A DNA stretch of 32,150 nt, from IMG/VR virus record IMGVR_UViG_3300020044_008460, positions 1 to 32,150 of that record; one strand, given 5' to 3'. A program made the position numbers and the translations under genes. The notes under the pieces are model-generated. The model worked only from the letters and a program-made list of their open reading frames with translations. It did not search any database and had not been told where the DNA came from. Positions 17,421 through 26,148 of this stretch are shown in pieces. This DNA is from a virus (lineage: Duplodnaviria; Caudoviricetes). How positions within the stretch are numbered: the stretch's first letter is position 1; each line of letters starts with the position of its first letter.

Positions 17421-18177
17421 TGACCATTCCTTTCAAGACGCCTTCAAGCTGCCAACGGCTTGACGGGGTGTAGCGGAAGATATACTGCGTGTAGGTGTTC
17501 GCGGTTAAGTCCGGATCTTGGTCCGTCACGCCGTCGAAGATCGCGCCGAAGGTTAGCGTTCTTCCGCCGACCGCGTCTTGAGTAAATTTGAAGGTGAGGA
17601 AGAAGCCCGGGACAATGGTCGAGTCTGTGTAGATCGGTGTCGACAGAATGACATTGCCTGTCGCGATACATTCCTGGGAGAAGGCATCTGCGAGGTCAAG
17701 GGTGAGTGTCGAGTCATAGTCGACGACGTAATAACCAGTTGAGATGTACATGTTAGCGTTTTGTGTAACCGTAGGGCCGGAATTTGGAACCGGCGGGATA
17801 AGTCCGACGGCGGGGGTGGGTAGCGTCAAGCTCGGCGGCGTACAAGTGGCGGTAGAAACGCTGAACAAAGCCGTAGGACCGGCGATCTGCTGTCCAGTCG
17901 AATCGTAGTACCAAGCGATGTAGCGGGAGTTCGGCGGCTCCAAATCTGCGTTGTAGCAAATCGACTCGGCGTTGTGGAAAGAGCCGTTGTTAATTGGGAC
18001 TTTTAGAAACGTCGGAATCGGCACATTCGGGTAAGTCGCCGCGTAAAAAGCCCGTTGATAACCGGTTGGTAGAACCAATCCGACGAGGAGAAAACCAGTC
18101 AACGCCGACCCGTCGTCCCAGGTTACTGAGACCGAAGGATCGAACTTCGCAAACCGAGGTAACTGAGGTGTCGCCAT
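17413..18177 (-). CDS. tail fibre-related structural protein
   Basis: The start is moved to the ATG at 18177 (MATPQL) because the longer ORF runs through a terminator. The C-terminus TLDLADA...FTQDAVGGRTLTF is a common phage fibre domain. Confidence 0.6.
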   Translation of the reverse strand: MATPQLPRFAKFDPSVSVTWDDGSALTGFLLVGLVLPTGYQRAFYAATYPNVPIPTFLKVPINNGSFHNAESICYNADLEPPNSRYIAWYYDSTGQQIAGPTALFSVSTATCTPPSLTLPTPAVGLIPPVPNSGPTVTQNANMYISTGYYVVDYDSTLTLDLADAFSQECIATGNVILSTPIYTDSTIVPGFFLTFKFTQDAVGGRTLTFGAIFDGVTDQDPDLTANTYTQYIFRYTPSSRWQLEGVLKGMVNA

Positions 18178-18200
18178 TACGCTACTATTGTAGCGGGCGT

Positions 18201-18232
18201 TAAAAAGAAGACCCCGGTTTTTACGCCGGGGC
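18201..18232 (-). terminator. intrinsic terminator
   Basis: Minus strand: GCCCCGG-CGTAAAAA-CCGGGGT-CTTCTTTTT. Confidence 0.7.
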
Positions 18233-18346
18233 CGGTTGGTGGGTTTAGGGGTAACTCCGGCAACGGACACCGGAGCAGTGAGGGAATCCCCGGCGGCTGG
18301 CTAGAATAGGGGCTGACCGGGCGGGGGTTATTTTTAGGTTAGCATA

Positions 18347-18375
18347 TTGACTCTTTGGCGGGTACGTGATATAGT
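18347..18375 (+). promoter_or_regulatory. sigma70-type promoter for the HNH gene, probably leaderless
   Basis: TTGACT (18347-18352), 17 nt spacer, TATAGT (18370-18375), then 6 nt to the ATG at 18382. There is no SD. Confidence 0.75.
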
Positions 18376-18381
18376 TGGGTT

Positions 18382-19050
18382 ATGGGAAATTCACACATCA
18401 CAAAAGAGATCTGCCAAAAAGGAGCCGCGGCTTCTGGGAAGGTGCAACGAGAGCGCGCCCTTAAAGCGTTCGAGGAGGCCGGTAAGGTTTGCGAGTATTG
18501 CCAAACGCCTCTCCAGGTTCGCGAAAATCAACAAGCGGCGGATCGTAAACGTCATCGTTATTGCGATTTAAAATGTGCGGCGCTGGGTCGGTGGAAGGAT
18601 AAACGTGAGCGCGAAGGTCTACCCGAACCTCGAAAATTCGGAGCTTGGGTGAACACGTTGCCGTTTCTTTGCCTCGGCGAGATTGCGAGACAACGAGTAA
18701 GTCATCACGCGCGCTATGTTTACTTTTCGCGGTTTCCCAGAGAGACGGCGTGTTGCGAACTATGCGGGGACGGAAGAATTGAACCAGAAGTTGCACATGT
18801 AAAGGCGATCAATTCGTTTCCGGATAAAACACCGCTCCTTGAAATAAATCAACTTTCCAATTTAATCGGTCTCTGTCCGACGGATCATCGTTTATTCGAC
18901 GGAGGTAGGCTTGAAATTTCAAAAATCGAAGAAGCGATTTCTCAGAGAGAAGGACGTGCTCCCCTTGCGCTACCAGAGGGTGTCAGCAAGAACTGGAGTC
19001 CTCGGCGTGCCGGTCTTGAGTTTCAGAAAAAGAAAAAGCCGAAACTGTGA
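18382..19050 (+). CDS. HNH endonuclease (putative homing endonuclease)
   Basis: N-terminal CEYC...YCDLKC Zn motif, then CELCG...EVAHVKA...NLIGLCPTDHRLFD, which is an HNH_2-type motif. It is the only long credible plus-strand gene. Confidence 0.9.
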   Translation: MGNSHITKEICQKGAAASGKVQRERALKAFEEAGKVCEYCQTPLQVRENQQAADRKRHRYCDLKCAALGRWKDKREREGLPEPRKFGAWVNTLPFLCLGEIARQRVSHHARYVYFSRFPRETACCELCGDGRIEPEVAHVKAINSFPDKTPLLEINQLSNLIGLCPTDHRLFDGGRLEISKIEEAISQREGRAPLALPEGVSKNWSPRRAGLEFQKKKKPKL

Positions 19051-19062
19051 CATTTCGGCTTT
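19027..19062 (-). terminator. intrinsic terminator after the major capsid gene (possibly bidirectional)
   Basis: 10-bp stem AAAGCCGAAA/TTTCGGCTTT with an 8-nt loop, followed on the minus strand by TTCTTTTT. It overlaps the HNH stop codon. Confidence 0.8.
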
Positions 19063-19087
19063 CTCGACTACTCGTTTTGGTGGATGC

Positions 19088-20077
19088 CTAAGCTATCGTA
19101 CTTTGGGCATCGATCGTACGAAAACGGTAACTGCCGCCCACCCCTACGGTCCCGTCGATTACGACTGCCGTATAGGTGAATCGGTAGCTCACAGCCCCAC
19201 CAATCATGCCTTCGGGATCAGGAATCGAAGGAACGCCGCCGCGGACCACACGGACATTAAAGCCCTGCTTCGTCGGGTCGGTGACCTTGGACGGGACAGA
19301 ACCTTCGAGCGAAGTGCAGGCAATACCGCCCTTACCGAAGACATACGTGCGGTAGCTCGCCGGAGAACCCGAGGAGTACACATTCGTCGACTCGATGATC
19401 TTCGAACCAGCCACCTGGGCGAACTGGCCGCGATCCTGGCGGTTAACCAAGTTGGCCTTATCCGGCTGGGTGTACTTGAAGATGTCGGCCAGACCGTTGG
19501 CGGCGGGGTCGTTGGCGAGGTCGTAGGAGTTGTAGGGCGAGGTTACGACCAGGAACTGCCCGTCTTCGAACGGTTCCACATCAATACCCTGCAAGCCGTG
19601 GACCGAGGCGCGGATGTCGGCGACTTTCAGATAGGTGGCGATGGGGTTCTGGTTGGTGGAAGCCGATTCGGCGTCAATCACGTTGCGCGTGATGGTGTCG
19701 ACGCTCAAACCGCCTTGATAGCCCAGCAGCTCGCCAGCGGATTGCAGAATCGGGTCCGGAGCCGTTTCGTCCAGAAGCGTGGAAACGGTGATGAAGGAGC
19801 TATACTCCGACACCGTCGCCGACACGATCTTGGACGTCAAGCTCTGCGAAGTCCCGACCGAGCCTTCCGTGGAGGGCGTAGTGTTCGCCGCGAGGTTCGA
19901 ATACCGATACCACTGAGCGGTACGGCCCGAACGAGCGGGGATGTTGTCCTCCATGCAAGCGTCACGGAAGCGGAACTTCTTCTGAAGCCGCGAAAGGGCC
20001 TTGCGCTTGATGAATACGTTTTGAAGATGCGCAAGACCCGGAGAGGTAGTAGCGTTTCCTGAAGGCGCGTAGGCCAT
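19088..20077 (-). CDS. major capsid protein, N4-gp56 family
   Basis: 329 aa with IPARSGRTAQWYRY...STEG...VSATVSEYSSFITVS and YRTYVFGK, matching the N4-gp56 family pattern. It has an AGGAG SD and follows portal and scaffold. Confidence 0.9.
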   Translation of the reverse strand: MAYAPSGNATTSPGLAHLQNVFIKRKALSRLQKKFRFRDACMEDNIPARSGRTAQWYRYSNLAANTTPSTEGSVGTSQSLTSKIVSATVSEYSSFITVSTLLDETAPDPILQSAGELLGYQGGLSVDTITRNVIDAESASTNQNPIATYLKVADIRASVHGLQGIDVEPFEDGQFLVVTSPYNSYDLANDPAANGLADIFKYTQPDKANLVNRQDRGQFAQVAGSKIIESTNVYSSGSPASYRTYVFGKGGIACTSLEGSVPSKVTDPTKQGFNVRVVRGGVPSIPDPEGMIGGAVSYRFTYTAVVIDGTVGVGGSYRFRTIDAQSTIA

Positions 20078-20117
20078 TTGTAAAATCTCCTGTGCGCGGG
20101 CCGACGCCCTTGCGTTT

Positions 20118-20128
20118 TTATTGTACCA
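20118..20128 (-). promoter_or_regulatory. extended -10 promoter for the capsid gene
   Basis: Minus strand TGGTACAAT (TGn-TACAAT), about 40 nt upstream of the ATG. Confidence 0.6.
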
Positions 20129-20182
20129 GGAGTTATGATTTACTAATGGCCCCGAGTCGTAGACTCGTTTAGTATAAGAACC

Positions 20183-20950
20183 TTACCTCTGCGTGTAAGC
20201 TGCGTTCATGAGTTTGTTCAGTTCCTCGTCGGACCGGGAGTTGTAGAAGGACTCCCATTCGGCGTCGGTTTGCGGCTGCCCGGAGCCGGTGTTCGAGGAG
20301 CGCGAGGAGGGTAGGGACGGAGGAGCGTTTCGCGAAGTCCCGCCTCCGGATTGTTGACGCTGGCCGGGTTGAATTTGACCGATTCGTTCAGCGTAGGCAT
20401 GAGCCGCCTCGAAACCTTGCGGGGTAGCGGGGAGGCCGAGGATTTGACGCGCCTGTTCGACGGCGGAGGCCGCGGCGTTGTCGGTGGCGAGTTCGGGGTG
20501 GTACGAGAGGAATTGGTTTACCGAGGTTTGGCGATCAAGTTGGGCGGTTCTTAGCAACGAGTCGGTCAGGACCGCAGAAGGATCGTCGATCTTACCGTCG
20601 AAGACGCCGTGTTTCAACATGATGTTCGACATGGTTTTGAAATCGCCTTTTTCCAAGGCGGAGACGAAATCCTTAACGCGCGGGTCGACTTCGCCTTCTT
20701 TGACGACCGGAGCCGGGGGCGGGGGTGGAGGAGCGTAGTTAGCCGCGTTGGCGTTGCGGGCTTGTTCTTCTAACCGAGCCATGTGCGTTTCGACAGCCCG
20801 TTCCGCTTCTTCCTGCGTGTTGAACTTGTAATCGCGCCCGCCCAGGTGGAGGTTGAAGCCATCCTCCTTCGGCGTTTCGTTCGCGGGAGCCTCACCTTTG
20901 ATTAGATCGGCGACGAGAGCGTCAAAATCTTCCATATTTGGTTGGGACAT
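20183..20950 (-). CDS. capsid scaffolding protein
   Basis: 255 aa, acidic and helical with a Pro-rich linker and a short C-terminal helix. It lies directly upstream of the capsid gene. Confidence 0.7.
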   Translation of the reverse strand: MSQPNMEDFDALVADLIKGEAPANETPKEDGFNLHLGGRDYKFNTQEEAERAVETHMARLEEQARNANAANYAPPPPPPAPVVKEGEVDPRVKDFVSALEKGDFKTMSNIMLKHGVFDGKIDDPSAVLTDSLLRTAQLDRQTSVNQFLSYHPELATDNAAASAVEQARQILGLPATPQGFEAAHAYAERIGQIQPGQRQQSGGGTSRNAPPSLPSSRSSNTGSGQPQTDAEWESFYNSRSDEELNKLMNAAYTQR

Positions 20951-20954
20951 ACGA

Positions 20955-21329
20955 TTATTCTACACCTATACGGGGAGCGAGTAGCGCGTCGTCGGTATCC
21001 TGCGGCCAGTCGATGTCGAGGGATTCGGAGACGCCGGGGGTGAATAAGGCGGCGGTTGCGGTCGGGTCGACGCTTTGTCGGAGGGCAAGTTGGATTGAGA
21101 GGGGTTGATATTTGAGGTTGAAGAGGATGCGGCGGAAGGCTCTTAGGTAACCGAGGTAGCGGGCTTCTTGCTCAGGCCGGAGGTCGAAGGATTCAAGTAG
21201 CCCGACGGTGTTGTCGATTTCGCTTTGCAGTAGATCGCACAAAATACGGAACCCGGGCGTCTCCGTGGTGTGTAGAAACGCCCGTTGTTCCTCAAGATTT
21301 AGCGCGCGCTGTTCTTTTTGTTCTTCCAT
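20955..21329 (-). CDS. small head-associated protein between portal and scaffold
   Basis: 124 aa and helical (TPGFRILCDLL...YLGYLRAFRRIL). A small helical gene at this position is common in podoviruses. Confidence 0.6.
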   Translation of the reverse strand: MEEQKEQRALNLEEQRAFLHTTETPGFRILCDLLQSEIDNTVGLLESFDLRPEQEARYLGYLRAFRRILFNLKYQPLSIQLALRQSVDPTATAALFTPGVSESLDIDWPQDTDDALLAPRIGVE

Positions 21330-21341
21330 GCTCTAAGCATA

Positions 21342-23621
21342 TCAAACCGCTTCTTTGGGGCGCGGCCTAGTCATGGCTTTCTTCTTCGGCTCCCCGGAGG
21401 TGCCGGGTTTTGCGGCTACGGATTTCTGTGCTTTGAGTTGAGCAACCTTAGCCTCGCCCATCTTCGCGGCATTATCCCTGGCGACTTCGGAGTCGAGCAT
21501 GGAGTGGAAGCGACTGGTCTGGGCTTCTTCTGCCGCCGACGCGAGCTTAAACTGATGCTCCTGCTGGCCCTGCTGGATCTTCTGCTGCTGCTGGGCGACG
21601 GACATCCGCAGATCCATCTGTTGCTTTTGACCCGCCAACTGCATCTTCTGCTGCTCAGAGACGAACTTAATCTGAGCGAGCATCTGCTGCGTCTGCGCCT
21701 TCATCTGCTCCATTTCCATCTGCATCTGGTGCTTTTGCTGCTCCATCTGCATTTTCATCTGCTCCATCTGCATCTGGCTCTGATCCGGCGGCTCCGGAGC
21801 CTTCAGGATCTGCGCTTTCTGAATATCCGCCTGGGCCTTCATCTGCCCAAGCTGAAGCCGCGTTTGATTTCCCTGAGAAGCCTGCTGCGCCTGCTGCTGC
21901 TTCTCCTGCTGGGTCATCTGGACTTCCTGCTGAGTCATTTCACGGTAGAGAGGATAAAGTTCCGAGGTGCCCGTCGCGTCCTGGACCAGCTTTGTCAACG
22001 ACTTAACGTCGATTGTCATGTTGATCTTAGATAGTTCTCCGACCAGAGGACCGGCAAGGCCGTATTGGAAGAACATCGGGAGGGTTTGTTGTAAACGCTC
22101 TTTCGTGAGCATTTTAGACGCGGCTACGATGCGGAAGGAGACGTCGTTGAAGAAAGCCGCGCCGGAAACTGTGCGGGCTGGCGAAGACGTGGATTCCGCC
22201 GCCGGGACTTGGTCTTCGGGCGTTAAATGGTAGCGATTGATGTAATACATCATGTAGAGCATCGGGGTTACCAAATAATCCTCGATATTCGACACAATCT
22301 GCTGCATTCGAGCCGCGGAACCGGACATTTGAGCCTGGACGCCCGTCGCTGTCCGAGACATGTTGCCAGAACGAGGTGCGCCCGAGCCGTCAATGCCCGT
22401 GCGTTTCTCAGCCGCGGCTCCGATGTACTGGAGTTCAGCGTACACGTTAGCCGTAACATCTGGTGGGGCCAGCGACAAAATATCTTCCTTCGGGTTGTCA
22501 ACTTGGTAAGTCGCACCCGCGGACCATCTCTGCTGCGCCGGGGTTAGAATCTGCCCTCTTCGCATTGCTCGGGGAGGATTAAGGGCAAGGTTGATGTTAT
22601 CGAGACGCGCATTAAATAGCGCCTCAGTGTATCGCTGGTTTCCTTCTTGCACATCTGCGATTCCGCGGGCGTAGAAACGACCGGGGACTTCATAACAAGG
22701 GGCGAAGGCGGCGGGGATGAATCCATAAGGGTTGCGCTCGTTATACATCACCCATTTGCGACCGAGAATCCAAATGATCCGGGACGGGGAGTAATAAACG
22801 AGGAGTTCGATGTTGCGATCCGCGGGAATCGGGTTGTAGTCGGAGGAGCCGGGGGAGTAGTTAACGCCGCGGAAGGCTTCGGTGATCTGTTTGGTGTTGT
22901 CGCCCGCGGTCATTGATTGGGCGGAGCAGAGGCCGTATAACTGGTCGTCGTTCGGGATGTCGAAGCCGTCCTGACCTCGGTAAGCACGGGCTTGCGCTAA
23001 CGTGAGTTTCGCCTTTACAATGATACCGGAAGACTGGGAGACATCGGGGGAGGATAGCCCCGGGTCCATGTAGACGTCCTTGACATCCAGGAACTCCGGA
23101 ACAGCCTTCTTAGCCTTATCATCCCAACGGACGATTACCCCGCCGTTTCCGTCCAACAACATCTGCTTAACCGCACGAGCCACCTCCGGCCTCGCCGAGC
23201 CGCGGAACTTCCCGCGCGCGTGTTCGAAGTCGTAGAACAATTTATCCCGAACGTCCTTCGCGGCTTCCGGCGCGGTCCCGCTTTCCGGAACCACCTGGAA
23301 CCAGTCGTCGGAGGGGAATAGGGCCTGGGTAATGACAGGAAGCGCCGATTCAACATGGTCGAAGACGATTGGAAACGGCAGCGAAGAACGCGGAACCGTC
23401 GACCCGGGCCATGTGCGGGGGACAATTGTCCCAAAGTACAAACCGGCATTCGCCTGCCACTTCAGATCACAGTTATTCCGCCGCCACCCTTCCCATGTGT
23501 ACATGGTGTTGACCACCATGGTGATTGCGTACTTCGCGTCAACCGGCTGCTCGGGTAACCGTAGCGGCGCGGAATCTAAATCCAACGGATCAATCTGAGG
23601 AACGTCTTCGTAAACCGGCAT
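21342..23621 (-). CDS. portal protein with long Q/M-rich C-terminal coiled coil
   Basis: 759 aa after the terminase. It has P22/N4-like portal motifs (NPYGFIP, PGRFYARGIAD, RTATGV) and a C-terminal barrel-like helix. Confidence 0.9.
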   Translation of the reverse strand: MPVYEDVPQIDPLDLDSAPLRLPEQPVDAKYAITMVVNTMYTWEGWRRNNCDLKWQANAGLYFGTIVPRTWPGSTVPRSSLPFPIVFDHVESALPVITQALFPSDDWFQVVPESGTAPEAAKDVRDKLFYDFEHARGKFRGSARPEVARAVKQMLLDGNGGVIVRWDDKAKKAVPEFLDVKDVYMDPGLSSPDVSQSSGIIVKAKLTLAQARAYRGQDGFDIPNDDQLYGLCSAQSMTAGDNTKQITEAFRGVNYSPGSSDYNPIPADRNIELLVYYSPSRIIWILGRKWVMYNERNPYGFIPAAFAPCYEVPGRFYARGIADVQEGNQRYTEALFNARLDNINLALNPPRAMRRGQILTPAQQRWSAGATYQVDNPKEDILSLAPPDVTANVYAELQYIGAAAEKRTGIDGSGAPRSGNMSRTATGVQAQMSGSAARMQQIVSNIEDYLVTPMLYMMYYINRYHLTPEDQVPAAESTSSPARTVSGAAFFNDVSFRIVAASKMLTKERLQQTLPMFFQYGLAGPLVGELSKINMTIDVKSLTKLVQDATGTSELYPLYREMTQQEVQMTQQEKQQQAQQASQGNQTRLQLGQMKAQADIQKAQILKAPEPPDQSQMQMEQMKMQMEQQKHQMQMEMEQMKAQTQQMLAQIKFVSEQQKMQLAGQKQQMDLRMSVAQQQQKIQQGQQEHQFKLASAAEEAQTSRFHSMLDSEVARDNAAKMGEAKVAQLKAQKSVAAKPGTSGEPKKKAMTRPRPKEAV
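21560..21940 (-). repeat. low-complexity CAGATG-type repeats encoding the Gln/Met-rich portal tail
   Basis: catctg recurs many times on the plus strand. The protein reads QSQMQMEQMKMQMEQQKHQMQMEMEQMK. Confidence 0.7.
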
Positions 23622-23842
23622 TACTTATCCTCGCTTTTCGGGATATAAATTCCGAGAGCTTTCTGGAAACCGACATCCTTCAACAGAAAATAAACATCCT
23701 TCGCCGCCCCGACCGCGAGTAGCGTGAGCAGCTTCTTCGAATCTGCAAATACCTCCGGCACGACGGCGTTTAGAACGAAGCCGTTCAGAACGGACGACAG
23801 CGTAGTGTATGCAATGGTAATAATCGCCACTCGGATGTTCAT
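23621..23842 (-). CDS. small membrane protein (holin-like)
   Basis: 73 aa with two hydrophobic segments, a charged C-terminus and a GGAG SD. Its stop overlaps the portal ATG. Confidence 0.55.
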   Translation of the reverse strand: MNIRVAIITIAYTTLSSVLNGFVLNAVVPEVFADSKKLLTLLAVGAAKDVYFLLKDVGFQKALGIYIPKSEDK

Positions 23843-23861
23843 GGAGTCTCCGATACTATTA

Positions 23862-25655
23862 TCACAGGCCCCCGGTTTTCGCGAGGTCGGGGTGCATGTG
23901 TGTGGAGTCGGAGCCGGAATCGAAGTCGCCGGTTAAGCCGAGCATACGGGCGAATTGGCGTTGACGGTAGGCGTCGGCGGGGGCTAGGGTGTTCGAGATC
24001 ACTTGTTCGATGTGCGTCGGGTCTTGTCGCGCGTTTAAACGTCCGAGCCACTCTTTACCTTTGTAAAAAGCCGCGAGGGTGTCAAGGATGTCGTCGGAGA
24101 GCGGTTTGGGCATACCGGAGAGTTCGCTCAACAGGACTTCCTTTTCTTTCAAATCGTCGAGGAAGATGATCTGCTTTGTCATGTACGGGTATTGGAGGGT
24201 CCGGACGATGTTCTCGGTCTTCGACTTCGTGTTGTCGATCTTAACCGTTTCGAGAGGAATGTGGAGGCCGCGTTGGTCGCAGTATTGGCGGAAGCCGAGC
24301 ATTAAGCCTGTGACGTAAGCCGTTTCTTCAATAGCGACCCGCACGAAGCCGTTACGCGACTTTCGCTGGTAAGTGGTATACGCGGCTATGATCTGGGCGA
24401 TTAACTCCGCGGCGAGCCATTTCCCGCGGCGTATGTCGACGATGTAGAGCCTCCCGGCGTTGTCCCAGGCTCCGATGGTTATTACCGAGTGATTCGACCT
24501 GTCTCCGATGGTTTGAGCCGAGTCGACGCGCATTTCATAATGGGAGACGAGGACGCGCTGCTCGAAGTCCTGTCGAGACTTCCAAGCCGGGTATTTATCG
24601 TCGACAGGGAAGATCGTTTGCCCGCCCGCGGCGTGGTTCGGGAAGTTGAACTTCTGGCACGACACCAGATACGGGTCCATGGCGTATTCGGACAAAATAC
24701 CATCTGCCGGGAAGCGATCCGGCCAGATTGAAATGGGGAGTTTGTTCTCATCCAGCAAATCCGGGAGCCGAACCTCCGCGTAGGTGTAGTTTCTCGGCCT
24801 CCCACCAGTGTCTTTCTTGAAAATCCCCCGGACGAAGATGTTCCAGTCGCGTTTCTCCTCCGGCAGCATCTCCTGGCCGCGGATAATCTCGCCGTAGGTG
24901 TCTTTTTCGTCGTATCGGGTACCTTCGACGTCGATCCAGAAGCGCGGGGAGACCAAGAGGTTCTGGGAAAGGACGAATTTACGGAAAATCGTCTTGCAAA
25001 TCTCCGCGTTGTTCGAGTTATTTTCATCGACGATGTCGGAATACTTCATCAAGTCAAAGTGCGACCCGGCGAGACCTTTTTCGATAGATGCACCGCGGAC
25101 GGTAGGCTCTTTTCGGGTCACCGCACGGCCTCTTGCCCGCGTTGTGAACTCTGCTTGGGTGCCGAAAGACTCGACTTTTTTCAAATCGGGGCAGTGTTCG
25201 GGGAATAACTCGCGGAAACGGGGGTTTTTCGTGAAGTGGTTTTTGATTTCCGAGATAATGTCCTCGGCTTTGTCTAAGTTAGCCTGGATGATGGCGATTG
25301 CGATGTCGGGGTAGTTGATGATCCACTGTAGGGTGTGGGAAATGGCGTTGAGGGTCGTCTTTAGACAGCCGCGGGAGTCTAAAATTAACAAACGCCGCTT
25401 CCCCGGAAGGTCCATCATGGGGATTAACGGTCGATACTCCCAGGTTCCGTTGACGAAGCGGTCGTTTTGCTCGATAGTTACGGAGTCGGGGCTAGGGAAT
25501 TTCTGTAAACGGGATAAAAGCGGCCCATGAACTTCCTCCGACACATCCCTATACCCCAAAATCTCATTCGCAAACCACCGTAAATCCGTCCGCGCCTTCC
25601 ATCGTGCGATTCGAATCCGCTTAATCCGCTCATCCATTGACAGTTCGCTACTCAT
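23862..25655 (-). CDS. terL: terminase large subunit
   Basis: Walker A-like LILDSRGCLKTT, Walker B region AGSHFDLMKYSDIV, coupling motif VEGTRY, and nuclease motifs MRVDSA...IEETAY...SDDILD. It lies upstream of the portal. Confidence 0.92.
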   Translation of the reverse strand: MSSELSMDERIKRIRIARWKARTDLRWFANEILGYRDVSEEVHGPLLSRLQKFPSPDSVTIEQNDRFVNGTWEYRPLIPMMDLPGKRRLLILDSRGCLKTTLNAISHTLQWIINYPDIAIAIIQANLDKAEDIISEIKNHFTKNPRFRELFPEHCPDLKKVESFGTQAEFTTRARGRAVTRKEPTVRGASIEKGLAGSHFDLMKYSDIVDENNSNNAEICKTIFRKFVLSQNLLVSPRFWIDVEGTRYDEKDTYGEIIRGQEMLPEEKRDWNIFVRGIFKKDTGGRPRNYTYAEVRLPDLLDENKLPISIWPDRFPADGILSEYAMDPYLVSCQKFNFPNHAAGGQTIFPVDDKYPAWKSRQDFEQRVLVSHYEMRVDSAQTIGDRSNHSVITIGAWDNAGRLYIVDIRRGKWLAAELIAQIIAAYTTYQRKSRNGFVRVAIEETAYVTGLMLGFRQYCDQRGLHIPLETVKIDNTKSKTENIVRTLQYPYMTKQIIFLDDLKEKEVLLSELSGMPKPLSDDILDTLAAFYKGKEWLGRLNARQDPTHIEQVISNTLAPADAYRQRQFARMLGLTGDFDSGSDSTHMHPDLAKTGGL

Positions 25656-26139
25656 TTTCGCTCCAGATGACCTTAACCGGGGGTAGGAGAGGCCAGAAAT
25701 TGACCTTCGTCCGTATCTTCGTCTCGCCTTTGTTCAAAGCCATGATCGCCATGAAGGTGTAGTTGCCTTTAAAAAGCCCTTGGTAGTGGGGTATAGACTC
25801 CCAATCGCCTTCGGAGGGTGCGGTTTCGCAGTAGAAGCCGGTTTCCTTCGTCGAACAGTGGGAGTGGATGTCTCCAACTACTACCAAATCATCCACCTGC
25901 GCCGTCCTCTCAACCTCCGACAACCACTCCTCCGACGGCATTACCACCCACTGCGTCGATCTCACCGTCTCCTCCTTCGGACACAGCAACATCTCGACAA
26001 CCTCCACCACATCCGGCTCGTCGAAAACGCCAAGGAAAACCCCGTATATTTCCTTGGGAAAAGCCTTCTTAGCCGCGTGCCGAAATTCCTGAATTAACTT
26101 CGGGTTGCAGCGGATTTCAAAAGCTGGAGGGGTCGGCAC
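25648..26139 (-). CDS. JAB/MPN+ (JAMM, Mov34-like) metallopeptidase
   Basis: FPKEIYGVFLG supplies the catalytic Glu and VVGDIHSH...APSEGD supplies HxH...SxxD, so the JAMM motif is complete. Confidence 0.88.
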   Translation of the reverse strand: MPTPPAFEIRCNPKLIQEFRHAAKKAFPKEIYGVFLGVFDEPDVVEVVEMLLCPKEETVRSTQWVVMPSEEWLSEVERTAQVDDLVVVGDIHSHCSTKETGFYCETAPSEGDWESIPHYQGLFKGNYTFMAIMALNKGETKIRTKVNFWPLLPPVKVIWSENE

Positions 26140-26148
26140 ATAGGTATT

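Noticed and set aside
18178-18270. N-terminal extension of the 285 aa ORF (GTG at 18270)
   Set aside because: It runs through an intrinsic terminator and a TACAAT box. The ATG at 18177 is more plausible.
18911-20062. 383 aa plus-strand ORF, and similar antisense ORFs such as 21318-22034, 13573-14265, 11242-11841 and 3412-3972
   Set aside because: They are shadows of well-supported minus-strand genes in GC-rich DNA and show no motifs or translation signals.
21560-21940. CRISPR-like or satellite array
   Set aside because: The repeats are imperfect in-frame codon runs for Gln/Met with no constant repeat-spacer structure.
25648-26139. Terminase small subunit, by position
   Set aside because: The sequence has a full JAMM motif and lacks the HTH and oligomerisation helices expected of TerS.
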